Assembly: GCA_024679065.1 (NCBI GenBank)
Contig: JAGIQG010000016.1
Coordinates: 2,046,001-2,110,000 of the forward strand
Direction: 5' to 3'
Length of the DNA stretch: 64,000 bases
From: Sphyrna mokarran
Lineage: Eukaryota
Shown here: positions 1 to 13,319 of the stretch, one piece after another
Position numbering within the stretch: position 1 is the stretch's first letter
Layout of the letters: each line of letters starts with the position of its first letter
The notes under the pieces: generated by a model
The model's database searches: none
Told to the model about the DNA's origin: nothing
What the model saw: the letters and a program-made list of their open reading frames with translations, nothing else
Position numbers and translations under genes: made by a program

Positions 1-11
1 ATCATTGCGAG

Positions 12-1170
12 GCAGTGCCGCACTGTCAGAGGGTCAGTGCTGAGGGGTGCCGACTGTCAGAGGGTCAGTGCTGAGGGAGTGCCGCACTGTCAGAGGGTCA
101 GTGCTGAGGAGTGCCGCACTGTCAGAGGGTCAGTACTGAGGGAGTGCCGCACTGTCAGAGGGTCAGTGCTGAGGGAGTGCCGCACTGTCAGAGGGTCAGT
201 GCTGAGGGAGTGCCGCACTGTCAGAGAGTCAGTGCTGAGGGAGTGCCGCACTGTCAGAGAGTCAGTGCTGAGGGAGTGCCGCACTGTCAGAGGGTCAGTG
301 CTGAGGGAGTGCCACACTGTCAGAGGGTCAGTGCTGAGGGAGTGCCACACTGTCAGAGGGTCAGTGCTGAGGGAGTGCCGCACTGTCAGAGGGTCAGTGT
401 TGAGGGAGTGCCGCACTGTCAGAGGGTCAGTGCTGAGGAGTGCCGCACTGTCAGAGGGTCAGTGCTGAGGGAGTGCCACACTGTCAGAGGGTCAGTGTGA
501 GGGAGTGCCGCACTGTCAAGAGGGTCATGCTGAGGGAGTGCCGCACTTCAGAGGGTCAGTGTTGGGGAGTGCCGCACTGTCAGAGGGTCAGTGCTGAGGG
601 AGTGCCGCACTGTCAAGGGGTCAGTGCTGAGGGAGTGCCGCACTGTCAGGATCAGTGCTGAGGGAGTGCCGCACTGTCAGAGGGTCAGTGCTGAGGGAGT
701 GCCGCACTGTCAGAGGGTCAGTACTGAGGGAGTGCCGCACTGTCAGAGGGTCAGTGCTGAGGGAGTGCCGCACTGTCAGAGGGTCAGTGCTGAGGGAGTG
801 CCGCACTGTCAGAGGGTCAGTGCTGAGGGAGTGCCGCACTGTCAGAGGGTCAGTGCTGAGGGAGTGCCGCACTGTCAGAGGGTCAGTGCTGAGGGAGTGC
901 CGCACTGTCAGAGGGTCAGTGCTAGGAGGGAGTGCCGCACTGTCAGAGGGTCAGTGCTGAGGGAGTGCCGCACTGTCAGAGGGTCAGTGCTGAGGGAGTG
1001 CCGCACTGTCAGAGGGTCAGTGTTGAGGGAGTGCCACACTGTCAGAGGGTCAGTGTTGAGGGAGTGCTGCACTGTCAGAGGGTCAGTGCTGAGGGAGTGC
1101 TGCACTGTCAGAGGGTCAGTGCTGAGGGAGTGCCACACTGTCAGAGGGTCAGTGCTGAGGGAGTGCTGCA
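12..1170 (+). repeat. 33-bp minisatellite (GAGGGAGTGCCGCACTGTCAGAGGGTCAGTGCT)n
   Basis: About 35 tandem near-identical units; explains the repetitive ORFs in this interval. Confidence 0.97.
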
Positions 1171-1369
1171 ATGTTGGATGTTCATGGTTAGGGGAGTGTC
1201 AGATTGTCTCAGGACTTGTCTTTCTTCTCATCTTTGTGCTTCTTATTTGGATTTTTCATGATGTTCACTAACTGATACTCATTGTAGCAATACTGTGCTA
1301 AATGTTACCTTCAGCTGAAAATATTCTCACCACTTACATACTGATTCCGCACAATGTTCTCCATAGAAC

Positions 1370-1905
1370 TGTCATAGAAACTAGAGGCATGAGTAGGCCA
1401 TTCAGCCCTTTGAGACTGCACTGCCATTCATGTTCGTCATTGCTGGTCATCAAATTCAATCTCTTGATTCACTCCGCTTTCCCCCATATCGCTCGATCCT
1501 TTTAACTCCAAGAATATATCTCATTCCTTCTTGAAATCGCGCAAAGTTTTGACCTCAGCTGTGAATTCCATACATTCAGTACCCTCTGGATGAAGAAATT
1601 TCTCCTTATCTCAGTTCGAAAAGGTTTTCCCCTTATCCTCAAACTCTGACCCCTAGTTCTGGACTCCCCCCACCATTGGGAACATTCTTTCTGAATCTAC
1701 CCTGTCTAACCCTGTGTGAATTTTATAAGTTTCTATCAGATCCCCTCTCACTCTTCTAAACTCCAGTGAATATAATCTTAACCGACTTAGACTCTCCTCA
1801 TATGACAGACCTACCATCCCAGGAATCAGCTGGTAAACCTTTGCTGTACTTCCTCTATAGCAAGGACATCCTTCCTCAGATAATAAGACCAAAACTGCAC
1901 ACATT
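1370..1905 (-). mobile_element. CR1-type LINE 3' fragment
   Basis: Minus ORF 1653-1985 has the CR1 RT C-terminal motif LYSLEFRRVRGDLIETYKI; CR1-like 3' UTR. Confidence 0.85.
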
Positions 1906-2045
1906 ACTCCACTATCCCTCACCTTGCACTGGTATCTTGTGATCTTATGTTGCTGATGATGTCTTGTAAATGTTTCATGTTGCATTTTTATATTTCATCT
2001 CCTTCAAGTTTCAGATTCCAGGGGTGCATTATTTACAGTAAAATG

Positions 2046-2675
2046 TGTCACAACACCAGGGTAAAATCCAACAGGTTTATTTGGTAGCAAAGCTTTCTGA
2101 GCATTGCCCCTTCATCAGGGGAGTGGAAGATTGAGTTCACAAACAGGGCATATACAAACATAGACTCAATTTACAAGATAATGGTTGGAATGCAAGTCTT
2201 AACAGGTGCGAATCTTAACAGGAAATCAAGTCTTTACAGGTGCAGATAATATGAGTGAAGAGAGGGTTAAGTACAGGTTAAAGGGGTGGAAATTATCTCC
2301 AGCCAGCACAGTTAGTGGGCGTTACAGGTACGGTGACATGAACCCAAGGTCCCAGCTGAGGCTCTCTTCATGTGTGCAGAACTTTGCTGTCAGTATCTGC
2401 TCAGTGATTCTGCGTTGTTGTATGTCTTGAAGGTTGCCTTGGAGAACACTTACCCAAAGATCAGAGGCTGAATGTCCTTGACCGCTGAAGTGTTCCCTAA
2501 AGGAAGGGAACACACCTTCTGGTGATTGTCGAGTGGTATCCATTTATCTGTTCGTATAGTGTCTGTATGGTCTCGCCAAGTTCACGCTACCAAATAAAGC
2601 TGTTGGACTTTAACTTGATGTTGTGAGACTATTTACTATGCCTCCCCCTGTCCAATACCGGCAACTCCACATCAT
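2046..2675 (-). mobile_element. Penelope-like element 3' fragment with inverted terminal segment
   Basis: GIY-YIG C-terminal peptide (EHFSGQGHSASDL...RRITEQILTAKF); inverted ends 2046-2090 and 2586-2630; hammerhead core on minus strand near 2090-2118. Confidence 0.8.
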
Positions 2676-2963
2676 GCACTATTTACACTATCCCGCATCC
2701 TCTTTCTGACACGTTAAACCTTGGCCCTCTGCTTTCTCAGATTCACATGACACAAGGAGTTCACTCTTGTGAAAATGTAATGAGAAGAAAAGGACAATAT
2801 CTGTCCTCACTGCAGTGCTGTGGGATCTTGCTGTGCAGAATGGAAACTATTGTACCAGGTGTAGAATGAATTAAGACAATAAAACTATAAGATATAGGAG
2901 CAGAATTGGGCCATTCTGCCCATCAAGTCTGCTCCGTCACGCAATCATTACATCCGTACTTAC

Positions 2964-3257
2964 ATGGCACAGTCAATACAAGGATCCGCTCTGATGAAAC
3001 AGATGGGTATCTCACTCTACAGGTGAGATTGTGTCCGTGGTGTTTGGGTGATGGGATCAGGGTCAGAACAGAAGTATAGGTCAGAGTGTTGCCATGCTGA
3101 GTTACAGTGTTTGAGACTGATCCAGGTATGTCAGTGGGAGTGTACCAGGTTAAGACAGGTGCTGTTCCATTGCACGTTGTATTGAAGGTGCAGCTTATGT
3201 TCACACGCTTTTCTGCAATAGTTTCAGCAGGGAATATTGTGGGTTTATCTGTGAAAT
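2964..3257 (-). CDS. Siglec-like receptor, Ig C2-set exon (domain 2)
   Basis: 294 bp, AG/GT bounded, phase 1-1; DFTDKPTI...ISCTFNTTCNGTAPVLTW...LTCRV, with the extra Cys typical of Siglec domain 2. Confidence 0.9.
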
Positions 3258-4343
3258 CTAACACACAGAGAATGGATCTTTTTAGATAAATATATCATGA
3301 AGCATCAGTTCAAATAGAAATCACAGTCACGCAAGAGAAAGCATTGTTACAGGAGAAAATCAGAACTCAGTTTATACAGCCAATGAAGAACATTTCTTTT
3401 TCAAAATTATTGGACTGTCTGTTTCTCAGCTTAATACACTTTTGCTCCAAGACTATTGATCTGATAATCACAGGTGAGCGAGAAAGGGTAGTTTATAAGA
3501 CTATTAAATAGGATGAGAGTGATCGATGGGATTGGATGATCTGATCATGTCGATGGATGCAGTCAGTACATTTAATCATTGATATTAAAGTGAATATTCG
3601 GATGGGTACATGAGTAGCAAAGTACAAACCTCTTCCTTTCAGAAAGATTGACTGCATGGAGTTTTCCATTGTGACAGAAAGCAAGAAAGATTGGTATATT
3701 TCTGGACAGGTTCAGAGCCCATGGTTTAAACAAAGAGCTCAGAACATTCTTGTGCACTGTCATTTTAAGGGAAGCTTTATAACGTGATATAGCCTGTGAC
3801 TATAGTAAACCCATTTCCTGACCAATGTCTCAATGTTTGAACACAGCGCCAAGTGCGATCCTGAGAACAGTAGTGACGCAGTCAGAGGGTGAAGAAAGCA
3901 ACTGAGTATTTAAAGCAGCTATTCCCATTCAGAAACTGACAACTAATTGGATGCATAAGTTTCTGTAACATATCTGACCATTGAAATTCTGGATAATTAT
4001 TGAAGCATTTACAAGCTGGGAGTACAGATACAAAGCATGTTTGTTCTTCCCATACTGTTATTTTCAATTCAGTTTCTTTGTCAGTTTGATCAGTAACTAC
4101 CTCCATCTCACTTTGATTTTTATACATAAGTACATGTTTGAAATCAATAATCACAGGTACAAATAAATTCACCTGAATCGACAAACCAACCTTTTGAATG
4201 AGTCAACAATTTGTTCTCTTGTGACTAGAAACAAATTATTAGTTTGAACATGAGAGGAATCCAATATATAAATGTCGCAGTCTGTATTATTTCCCATTGA
4301 ATATTGAATGTGAATTGTTGAATAATTATAACACAGCACTTAC

Positions 4344-4709
4344 CAGAAACGTGAAGCCGGGTTACTGGGTAATAGTTATGGGTGGGACCGTTGTCAAATT
4401 CGATTCTGAAAAAATAAGGTCCTGCATCTTCCCGTGTGACATTGTTTATAATCAGGGAACAGTCACCATCTTTCAGGTCTCCTGACAGCCGGGTCCGATG
4501 ACGGAACTGTGGCAACTCGTGATTGTGATCCTTGGAGTGAAAGGCTAGAGGAGCCCAGGGAATCTGTTTCTCAGCATAAAACCAGACTCCACCTCGAGGC
4601 TGGTTTGCCAAATGTGATGGATAACTGTAATGACATGGAATCTGTACACACGAACCTTCCTGCGCTGTCACCTTTCGTGGAGTGTCGCCTTTCCACTCTT
4701 GTGACAGTC
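4344..4709 (-). CDS. Siglec-like receptor (CD33-related/CD22/MAG family), V-set sialic-acid-binding exon
   Basis: 366 bp, AG/GT bounded, phase 1-1; SCVQIPC, GDCSLII and DAGPYFFRIE give the Siglec Cys pattern plus the essential F-strand Arg (codon 4405-4407). Confidence 0.92.
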
Positions 4710-6699
4710 CTATTGGGACAGAAATATCAACGTTTAACATTGGATGGATTGTCGATCCACTAGACTCGATATTCACCCCCTCCGTCGCTGGTGCACAGTG
4801 GCTGCAGTGTGCACTATCTACAGGACACACAAGGAACTCCCCAAGGTTTCACAATGAATGAAGAGAATCCTGGACACAGGAGTGGACAAATTCATCTTAC
4901 ATTGATTCATGGTCCTCAGGACACTGCTTAATGAAGCCACTCTCCACCCAACACAATGTCTACAAGACACACCAATGGAGATAACATTCAGTGCTGATTT
5001 ACAAGGCAGGACAATGGATTAGGAACCCCCAGAACTCCCACCATCATGAATTACTGATTAGCCTCACCTTCCAGTTTGCTTTTCAAGACAGCTGATTTTT
5101 TAGTCCAGTATTCTATGTCCTTTTTGTGATGTGGTGACGTGAACTGTGCACAATTCTGTAAGTGTGGTCTAACCAAGGATCGATACAGGTTTAGCACCAC
5201 TGCCTACTTTTCAATTCTATCCTTGCAGAAATAATTCTAGTGTTTGATTTGTTGCTACAGCTTTGCCAACCTGTGCTGTAAGTTTTAGTGATTGATGTGA
5301 TTGTATCTTAGATCTCTTTATTCCTCTACTCACCCTCATTCTGACAGCCAGACTGACCTAGACATGGAGAGTGAAGTTTAAGAATTCCAATAGCTCACGC
5401 ATTTTGGAATTTTCACATTGGTGCAGGAATATATGGCACATGCACAGTTTGACTTTTTTGTAATTTTTCAGACCAAGGTAAGGACCAGTGCATGTGTGCA
5501 AAAAAAGGCAAGAAAACTCAGGTCATGTGATCCAGGAGCGAGAAGGATCCTAACAGGGAGAGGGGGCTACGGAAAGCTAGACAAAAGAGGAGGCCCAGAC
5601 AGAGCGGGGTTAGGGTAGAGTCCCAAAAGTGGAGTCAAGCCGAGCACAGGAAGAGGGAATAGGGAAGGGTTCCAAAAGAGCACCCCCAAATAGGAGACTG
5701 AGATAGCAGAAATGGAGAGGTCCTAGTCATGGATAAAGAGGAGCAGAAAGACAGAGGCTGCAAAGTTACAAAGCCAATGCTCGGAGTGGACCACACAGTC
5801 TCAAATCCTTCTCCTTGCTTGTTCCAGAAACCAAGTTCAAATTCTGATTGAATCCAATTCACGGTTCCTGCAAAAGAAACAAACAAGATCCAGGCTGACA
5901 GGATAAGGGATTGCACCCTATCTTGGGCTTGATCCAACGATGCTTAGTCTTAGCCAAATGTCAAAGAGATGCCGTTGGCAGAATTTAAATGGTGAGGACT
6001 CAGGAAAAAGCCAAATCAAAATCTGAAAATGATTGTTCCGATTCTGACACTGATCAAAATTCTGGGGGGTCTGGTTAACTTTCATAACAGGCTACACTTG
6101 CACATTCCAACCAAAACATGTTTATTTCATTTATTCTTTTCTAGGATGGTAAACAAGAACATTTTCTTCCACTCTAAATTTTCCTTGATTTGAATGGCTT
6201 GCTTGAACTTTTAAAGAGTCTGTTTAAGAGTCTGCCACATTACTGTGAGTCAGGAGTCACATGGAGGACAGACAGGGTAAGGCTGGAAGATTTCCTTCCC
6301 TAAAGGACATTAGTGAGCCCGATAGATTTTTCCATTAATCGATCATGGTCAACATTACTCAGATTAACTTCCATTATTTTATATAAAGCAAACAGTTTTC
6401 CATTTATCCAGCCTTTCACTCTCTCTCCAGTATTTTTCTCTCTCTCTCATCCAATAGACTGATTCTTCAGAGGACCAATCGGAAAGTCATAGGCCCTAAT
6501 TTGAGAAACAATGGAATAAAATCTCTCTTCAGATCCTTAGTGTCTAAGGAATCTCTTTGGATCCTCATTGTCTAGGAGATTACTAGTCATCCAATATTGT
6601 TGTATTGTTGATTCTGATGCGGCATTGGAGACTGACTCGTCTCCAAGTCCAGTGCTGACCCTGTGAAACACTGTAAAACACACAAGCAAAGTGCCTCCA

Positions 6700-9600
6700 G
6701 CCTGAGATCTGCGTGTGGTAGAGGTGTTGTTATGTTGGGTTCACAACTTTCACAGATGGTTTCACTGGTGGACACCAAGACTGTTCCCAGTGAGCACGTC
6801 TGCAGTAAGTGCTGGATGCTTGAGGAATTACAGCTCAAGGTAGATGAGCTGAGCTCTATGATTCAGTCACTAAGACTCATTCGGGAGGGGGAGTGCAACC
6901 TGGAGAATGTCAAAACCACCGAAATGACTACCTCTGAACTGCAGGTTCAAGAGAGGGTTGCGGGGGGGTGGGGGGAAAGAGGCAGGGGAGGAAGGATGGG
7001 ATTGGTGAGGGGAGGAAGGGAGGGAGGATGGAGGGGGTTGGTGAGGGGAGAAGGGAGGGAGGAAGGAAGGGGTTGGTGAGGGGAGGAAGGGAGGGAGAAG
7101 GAAGGAAGAGGGTTGGTGAGGGGAAGAAGGGAGAGAGGAAGGAAGAGGGTGGTGAGGGGAGGAAGGGAGAGAGGAAGGAAGAGGTTGGTGAGGGGAGGAA
7201 GGAGGGAGGATGGAGGGGTTGGTGAGGGGAGGAAGGTAGAGAGGAAGGANNNNNNNNNNNNNNNNNNNNNNNNNNNNNNNNNNNNNNNNNNNNNNNNNNN
7301 NNNNNNNNNNNNNNNNNNNNNNNNNNNNNNNNNNNNNNNNNNNNNNNNNNNNNNNNNNNNNNNNNNNNNNNNNNNNNNGAAGGAGGAGGAGACCCAAAAG
7401 CCTCAGCCCCTGAATCTGCACAACAGATTTGAGATTCTTGCTGCCGGTGCGGACAAGTTGTGAGGTGAATGAGCAAACTGCCCACAGCACAATGGTGCAG
7501 ACAGAGGCCAGAGCAGGAAAAGTAAAGAGAAATGTAGTGGTTATTGGAGATAGTGTGGTTGGAGGCATAGACACTGTCCTTTGCGACAAGGATAAAGAAC
7601 ACTGAAAGGTGTGTTGCTTGCCTGGTGCTAGGGTCCAGGATGTCGCGTCTGGGCTGCAGAGGAACCTAGAGTGGGAGCGGGGGAATCTGGTTGTTGTGGT
7701 TCATGTGGGGACCAATGATATAGGCAAAATAGGAACTAAGGATCTGCAAAGGGAGTACGAAAATCTGGGTGCCAAATTAAAGAGTAATGGGACTTGTTCA
7801 GAAGGGATGGTCTACATCTGAATCATGCAGGGAACAGAGTCCTGGCAAATTGTATAATTGGAACTGTAGATAGGGCTGTAAACTAATTTGGGAGGGGCGG
7901 GGGGGCGGGAGAGGGGACAGGGGAAGGGGAAATTACAGAATCTGGAGTAAAAGAAAAGGTACATGTGCATGTGAATGTTGAGGATGTTCTGCCTATTAGA
8001 GGAGTAGGGAGCATGAGAGAGACTAGTAGCGTTTCAACAAATAAGGTCCAGGCAAAGGCTGGTATAAAGGCACTTTACGTGAATGCACAAAGCATTCGGA
8101 ACAAAGTGAATGAGCTGATGGCGCAAATTGGCACAAATGGATATGATCTAGTGGCCATTACGGAAACGTGGTTGCGGGGAGACAGGGACTGGGAACTGAA
8201 TGTCCAAGGCTATTAGGAGTTTAGGAAGGATAGACAGGAGGAAAAAGAGGGCTCTATTGATTAAGGATAGTATCGAGGCAGTAGTAAGAGAGGATATAGG
8301 CCCCAAAGAGCAAATGTGGAATTGCTGTAGGTGGAGATAAAAAATAGTAAGGGGAGTAAGACACTGGTGAGTGTGGTCTATAGGCCCCCAAATAACAACT
8401 TTGAGATGGGGCAGGCTATAAACAAACAAATAAGACTTGCGTGCAAAAACGGAACAACGTTAGTAATGGGAGATTTCAATCTGCATATGGACTGGGCGAC
8501 ACAAGTCGGACAAGGTGGGCTGGAGGAAGAATTCTTGGAATGCTGTCGGGATGCATTCCTTGAACAATATGTTACAGAACTGACGAGAGAGCAAGCTAGC
8601 TTGGATCTGGTACTATGTAATGAGGCAGTAGAATTAGGGATATTCACGTGAGGGGTCCTCTAGGAACGAGTGATCATAGTATGGTAGAATTTATGTTGCA
8701 GATGGAGGATGAGAAAGTAGCGTGCCGGACCTGTGTACAATGTTTGAACAGAGGGGACTATGATAGGATGAGAGAGGAATTGGCAACTGTGGATTGGAGG
8801 AATACATTGATTGGTAAGATGGCTGAGGAACAGTGGCTGATTTTTAAAGAGATCTTTTTCAGTACTTAGCAGAAATATATTCCAATGGTAAAGAAGGACT
8901 GTAGGAGAAGGGAAAATCAGCCATGGTTCTCAAGGGAAATTAAGGAGAGTATTAAATAAAAAGCTGAAGCGTTCAGAGTGGCTAAAAATAGTGGGCGATC
9001 AGAGGACTGGGAAAGTTTTAAACAATGGCAAAGAATGACTAAGAAGGTGATTAAAAAAGGAAGGATAGAATATGAGGCTAAACTAGCTCAAAATATCAAA
9101 AAGGACAGTAAAAGTTTTTATAAATATATAAAGAATAGGAGGATGGCCAGAGTTAATGTTGGACCCTTGGAGGATGAGAGGGGGGATTTAGTGATGGACG
9201 ATAAAAATATTGCGGAGACTTTGAATAAGTTTTTTGTGTCAGTCTTTACGGAGGAGGACGTAAGTAGCTTGCCCAAAATTAAGGATAGAAGGGTGGTAGC
9301 AGATGAGGTCCTTGATGAGATTACAGTCACTAGAGAAGTGGTGCTTGATAGGTTAACAGGGCTGAGGGTAGATAAGTCCCCGGGACCGGATGGAATGCAT
9401 CCCAGGGTTCTCAAGGAAATGGCAGAGATGATAGCGGATGCCCTAGTAATTATCTTTCAGAATTCGCTGGACTCCGGGGAAGTGCTGGAAGATTGGAAAA
9501 TGGCTAATGTTACATCGCTGTTTAAAAAGGTAGCAGACAGAAGGCAGGGAATTATAGGTCGGTTAGTTTAAGGTCTGTAGTCAGAAAAATGCTTGAAACT

Positions 9601-10948
9601 GTCATCAAAGCAGAAATAAAGAGGCATCTGGATACGAACTGTTTGATCAAGCAGATGCTGCACGGATTCGTTAAGGGGAAGTTGTGATTGACGAATTTAT
9701 TGGAGTTTTATGAGGAAGTGACTAGTGCGGTAGATAGAGGAGAATCAGTGGATGTGGTGTTTTTGGATTTCCAAAAGGCGTTTGATAAGGTGCCTCACAA
9801 AGGATTGCTGTAGAAGGTTAGGGTGCAGGGAGTTGGGGGTGGGGTGTTAGACTGGATGGAGGATTGGTTGTCTAATAGAAAGCAGAGAGTAGGTATTAAT
9901 GGGTGCTATTCTGATTGACAGCTGGTGACTAGTGGAGTGCCCCAGGGATCGGTGCTGGGGCCTCAACTGTTTACCACTTAAATAGATGATCTGCAGGAAG
10001 GGGCTGAGTGCAGGATAACCGAATTTGCTGATGACATGAAGATGAGTGGAAAAGCAAATTGCATGGAGGGTGTGCAGAGGGATCTGGATAGGTTGAGTGA
10101 GTGGGCGAGGACTTGGCAGATGGAGTATAATGTTAGCAAATATGAGATTATCCACTTTGGTAGGAATAATGGTAGGAAGGATTATTATTTAAATAGCGAA
10201 AAGCTGCAGCATGCAACTGTGCAGAGGGACCTGGGGGTCCTTGTGCACAAATCGCAAAAATACAGTCTGCAGATGCAGCAGGTGATCAAGAAGGCGAATG
10301 CAATTTTGGCCTTTATAGCTAGGGGGATAGAATATAAAAGTAGGGAGGTACTTTTGCAGCTGTACAAAACTGCACAGTTGGAGTACTGTGTGCAGTTTTA
10401 GTCGCCGCATTTGAGGAAGGATATATTGGCCTTGGAGGGAGTGCAGAGAAGGTTCACTAGGCTGATACTGGAGATGAGGGCGTTGGATTATGAGGAGAGA
10501 CTAAATAGGCTAGGTTTGTACTCATTGGAGTTTGGAAGGCTAAGAGGAGATCATATAGAGACTATGAGATAATGAAGGGGATGGATAGGGTAGAGGTTGA
10601 GAGACTCTTCCCACTTAGCAAAGATAGCAGGACTAGAGGGCACAGCCTCAAAATAAGAGGAGGGGTGCGGTTCAGATCAGAGTTGAGGAGGAATTTCTTC
10701 ACGCATAGGGTGGTGAATCTTTGGAATTCTCTGCCTGTTGAAGTGGTGGAGGCTTCCTCACTGAATATATTTAAGTCAAGAGTGGATAGGTTTTTGATAG
10801 ACAAGGGAATTAAGGGTTACGGGGAGAAAGCGGAAAAGTGGTTCTGAACCACTACAGATCAGCCATGATCTTATTGAATGGCGGGGCAGGCTCGAGGGGT
10901 TGGATGGCCGACTCCTGCTCCTATTTCTTATGTTCTTATATTCTTATG
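6700..10948 (+). mobile_element. Near full-length decayed CR1 LINE in the Siglec intron, antisense to the gene
   Basis: ORF1 zinc-finger/zipper (HVCSKC...LQLKV) and SGNH esterase (IGDS, CCLPGARV, HVGTND); ORF2 APE endonuclease (ITETW, MGDFN, SDH) and RT (GVPQGSVLGP, FADD); several stops; TTCTTATG-type tail. Confidence 0.93.
6960..7390. repeat. G/A-rich low-complexity repeat with assembly gap (N 7250-7378)
   Basis: Repeated GGTTGGTGAGGGGAGGAAGGGAG units flanking an N run. Confidence 0.9.
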
Positions 10949-11467
10949 TAATTTTGTCAAAAATAAACTCGGTCTCACACGAGATGCTGACACCAAAACC
11001 CTCTTGTTCCGTGTCCTTTTCAAACATCTGTGACTTCAGCAGAAACCTGTAAGTGGCTGAGTCAGAACTAAATAATTGAATCAGGAATTGGATAAAGCTG
11101 AGGCCATTCAGGCCATCATGTCTGTGCTAGCACTTTGACAAATTTATCCAAATATTATAAATTACCCCCAACACCGTTCTTTTCCCCAAAACCAGGCAAA
11201 CATTTTCCCATCACACATTTATTCAATTTCTCCTATTGAAAATTCCAATTACCTTCCTCCGTTGTACCTGGTGTTGTCGGGGTCAACTCTGCTGTCAGAC
11301 GGGGAGTCAGTGTATATCAGTGAGCACAGGGTGTTTGGGACTGGGTCTGGGACTGTGAGTCTGTACACTGGGTCACTGCTGAATTGGCTCCCAATCAGAG
11401 CTCAGTAAGAGTCATCTTTTACAAAGATTATTAACCACAAATCTGTCTGAGCTGACAATGATATTAC

Positions 11468-11519
11468 CTTGGAGAAGTGACAGAAGGAAGTAAAATTTCG
11501 CCATCATTGTCCACTCCAT
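11468..11519 (-). CDS. Siglec-like receptor, signal-peptide exon (coding part; full exon 11468-11544)
   Basis: Encodes MEWTMMAKFYFLLSLLQG and ends phase 1 at GTAAT, joining in frame to LSQEWK of the V exon; pyrimidine-rich acceptor at 11545. Confidence 0.85.
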
Positions 11520-11917
11520 TTCACCAGCTTCTCACTCTCAAACTCTGAAAGAGAAAAGAGTTAATAAGACCTCATCTCTTGCCCGACAGCTCTCGAGAGA
11601 CTGCTTTCAGTCACTGTATTTACAGACTAATTGGATTCTGTGTGGAATGATAATACTCTTCAGAGACACAAGGCTTTCGGAAAGAGAAACAGTGAAGGAC
11701 TTGCATTTCCATAGCGCCTTTCACCACCTCAGTATGCCCCAATGCTTGAATTCGAAAGTTGTTCTTTATGACAGACTGGAGCCTCACAGCCAGATCTCAA
11801 TTATCAGTAGAAATATTTCAAAGGCATCAGTCATTAGAATCTGTATTTATAACATCACACCATCAACAAAGGACAGTGTTGATTGTGGAAGTGAATTCCA
11901 ATCATTCCGTTACTTAC

Positions 11918-12060
11918 CCAGGACCTATCCGTCTGCTCGCCTGGGGAGTAACTGCTGACCAACTCTGTTTGGGCTGAATGTCCTCTTCCTGTACTGTTCC
12001 CTTTGTGTGTTTAATTAGAAAGGGTTGATGTGTGACTCTGAATCCAAATGAGGGTGGTAA
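11918..12060 (-). promoter_or_regulatory. Putative Siglec non-coding first exon/promoter
   Basis: Strong donor TGG|GTAAGT at 11918/11917, about 370 bp upstream of the signal exon acceptor; conserved in a paralogous copy at 20.4 kb. Confidence 0.6.
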
Positions 12061-12244
12061 CAATATGAGACAACAGTTGATATTTTGAGTTGCTGACAAA
12101 CTGTTAACTCTTTGTATCCTGTCCCTGTGATCATACTTCTGCTCAGAGGGACACTTACTGACAAGGATTTTCTGGAGTGGTTCCAAGAATTTTGCACCCT
12201 CACTCCTGTCAAGCAGAAGGATTTGGATTTAAACATAATAAGCC

Positions 12245-12670
12245 TTACTACCGGAAGGACATGGAGACTCTGGAGAGAGTGCAGAGGAGGTTTACCAGGA
12301 TGCTGCCTGGTATGGAAGGTCTGAATTACAAGGAGAGGTTAGGCAAGTTGGGACTGTTTTCCTTAGAAAGACGTAGACTTAGAGGAGATCTAATAGAGGT
12401 GTACAAGATTATGAGGGGTATAGATAGAGTAAACAGGGTTAAGCTTTTTCCTAGGATGGACTCGAATAGCACGAGGGGTCACGGGCTTAGGGTGAGGGGG
12501 GTAAGGTATAATTTGGATGCTAGAGGGAGTTTTTTCACACAGAGGGTGGTGGGGGTATGGAATGCGCTGCCAAGTAAAGTGGTGGAGGCAGGTAATCTGG
12601 AGTTATTTAAGAAATACTTAGATGGGCACATGAACAGAATGGGAATGGAGGGGTATAGAAAACTGATTTA
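12245..12670 (+). mobile_element. CR1 LINE 3' fragment
   Basis: ORF 12177-12671: LERVQRRFTRMLPG...RRRLRGDLIEVYKI...FFTQRVV. Confidence 0.9.
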
Positions 12671-12889
12671 AAATAGGGATCATGAGCCTTGGGAGTCCCT
12701 GGGAAGTGTGTAAATAGATGATGATATTGATGTACTTGTTTTTATCCTACAGGTGCTTTGGTCCACCTTGTTGTCTAACAAGGGGCATACATGCGATGGG
12801 TCATGAGAGGGCTGCTCTTGGATTTTTTTCGAGAGTATCCTAGTGCTTCACGTTGTTAGTGTACACTTGACCAGGACCATTTGATGGGC

Positions 12890-13205
12890 AACACGACAGC
12901 TCAGTGACTATCGCTGTGCTGTGCAGATACATGGATTTGGGCCTGTGTCTGTGGGAGTTTGCGCATTTTCCCCATGCTTGCGTGGGTTTTTTCCGAGCGC
13001 TCAGGTTTCCTCTCACATCCCAAAGATGTGCTCTTAGGCTAATTGGCAAAACAAATTCTCCCCAAATTGTCTCAAATTTGGTTTTTAATCCATACATCTA
13101 TAAACATAGACAGGGATTATGGGTAGAGATGGGAACATCGGTGTGGCAGCGCGGGCTTGTTGGGCCGAAGGGCCTGTTTCCCGTGCTGTTTTGTTCTTTG
13201 TTCTA
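12890..13205 (+). mobile_element. HE1-like V-SINE (decayed)
   Basis: V-domain-like GTGGGAGTTTGCGCATTTTCCCCATG...GGTTTCC and a LINE-like 3' end. Confidence 0.65.
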
Positions 13206-13319
13206 TAACTCCAGAGATTTAAGCTCCATTAGATAGTTCAATGCACCTCATTCATTACAGAAGGAACATGGCACTGTTGAAACATCAGTACTGAGTGCCA
13301 AAAGGTGAGATGGTTAGTA

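Noticed and set aside
37-1271. Long repetitive ORFs (VLRECRTVRGS / GVPHCQRVSAE) and a CRISPR-like appearance
   Set aside because: Products of a 33-bp unit (a multiple of 3) with no unique spacers and no cas genes, in eukaryotic DNA.
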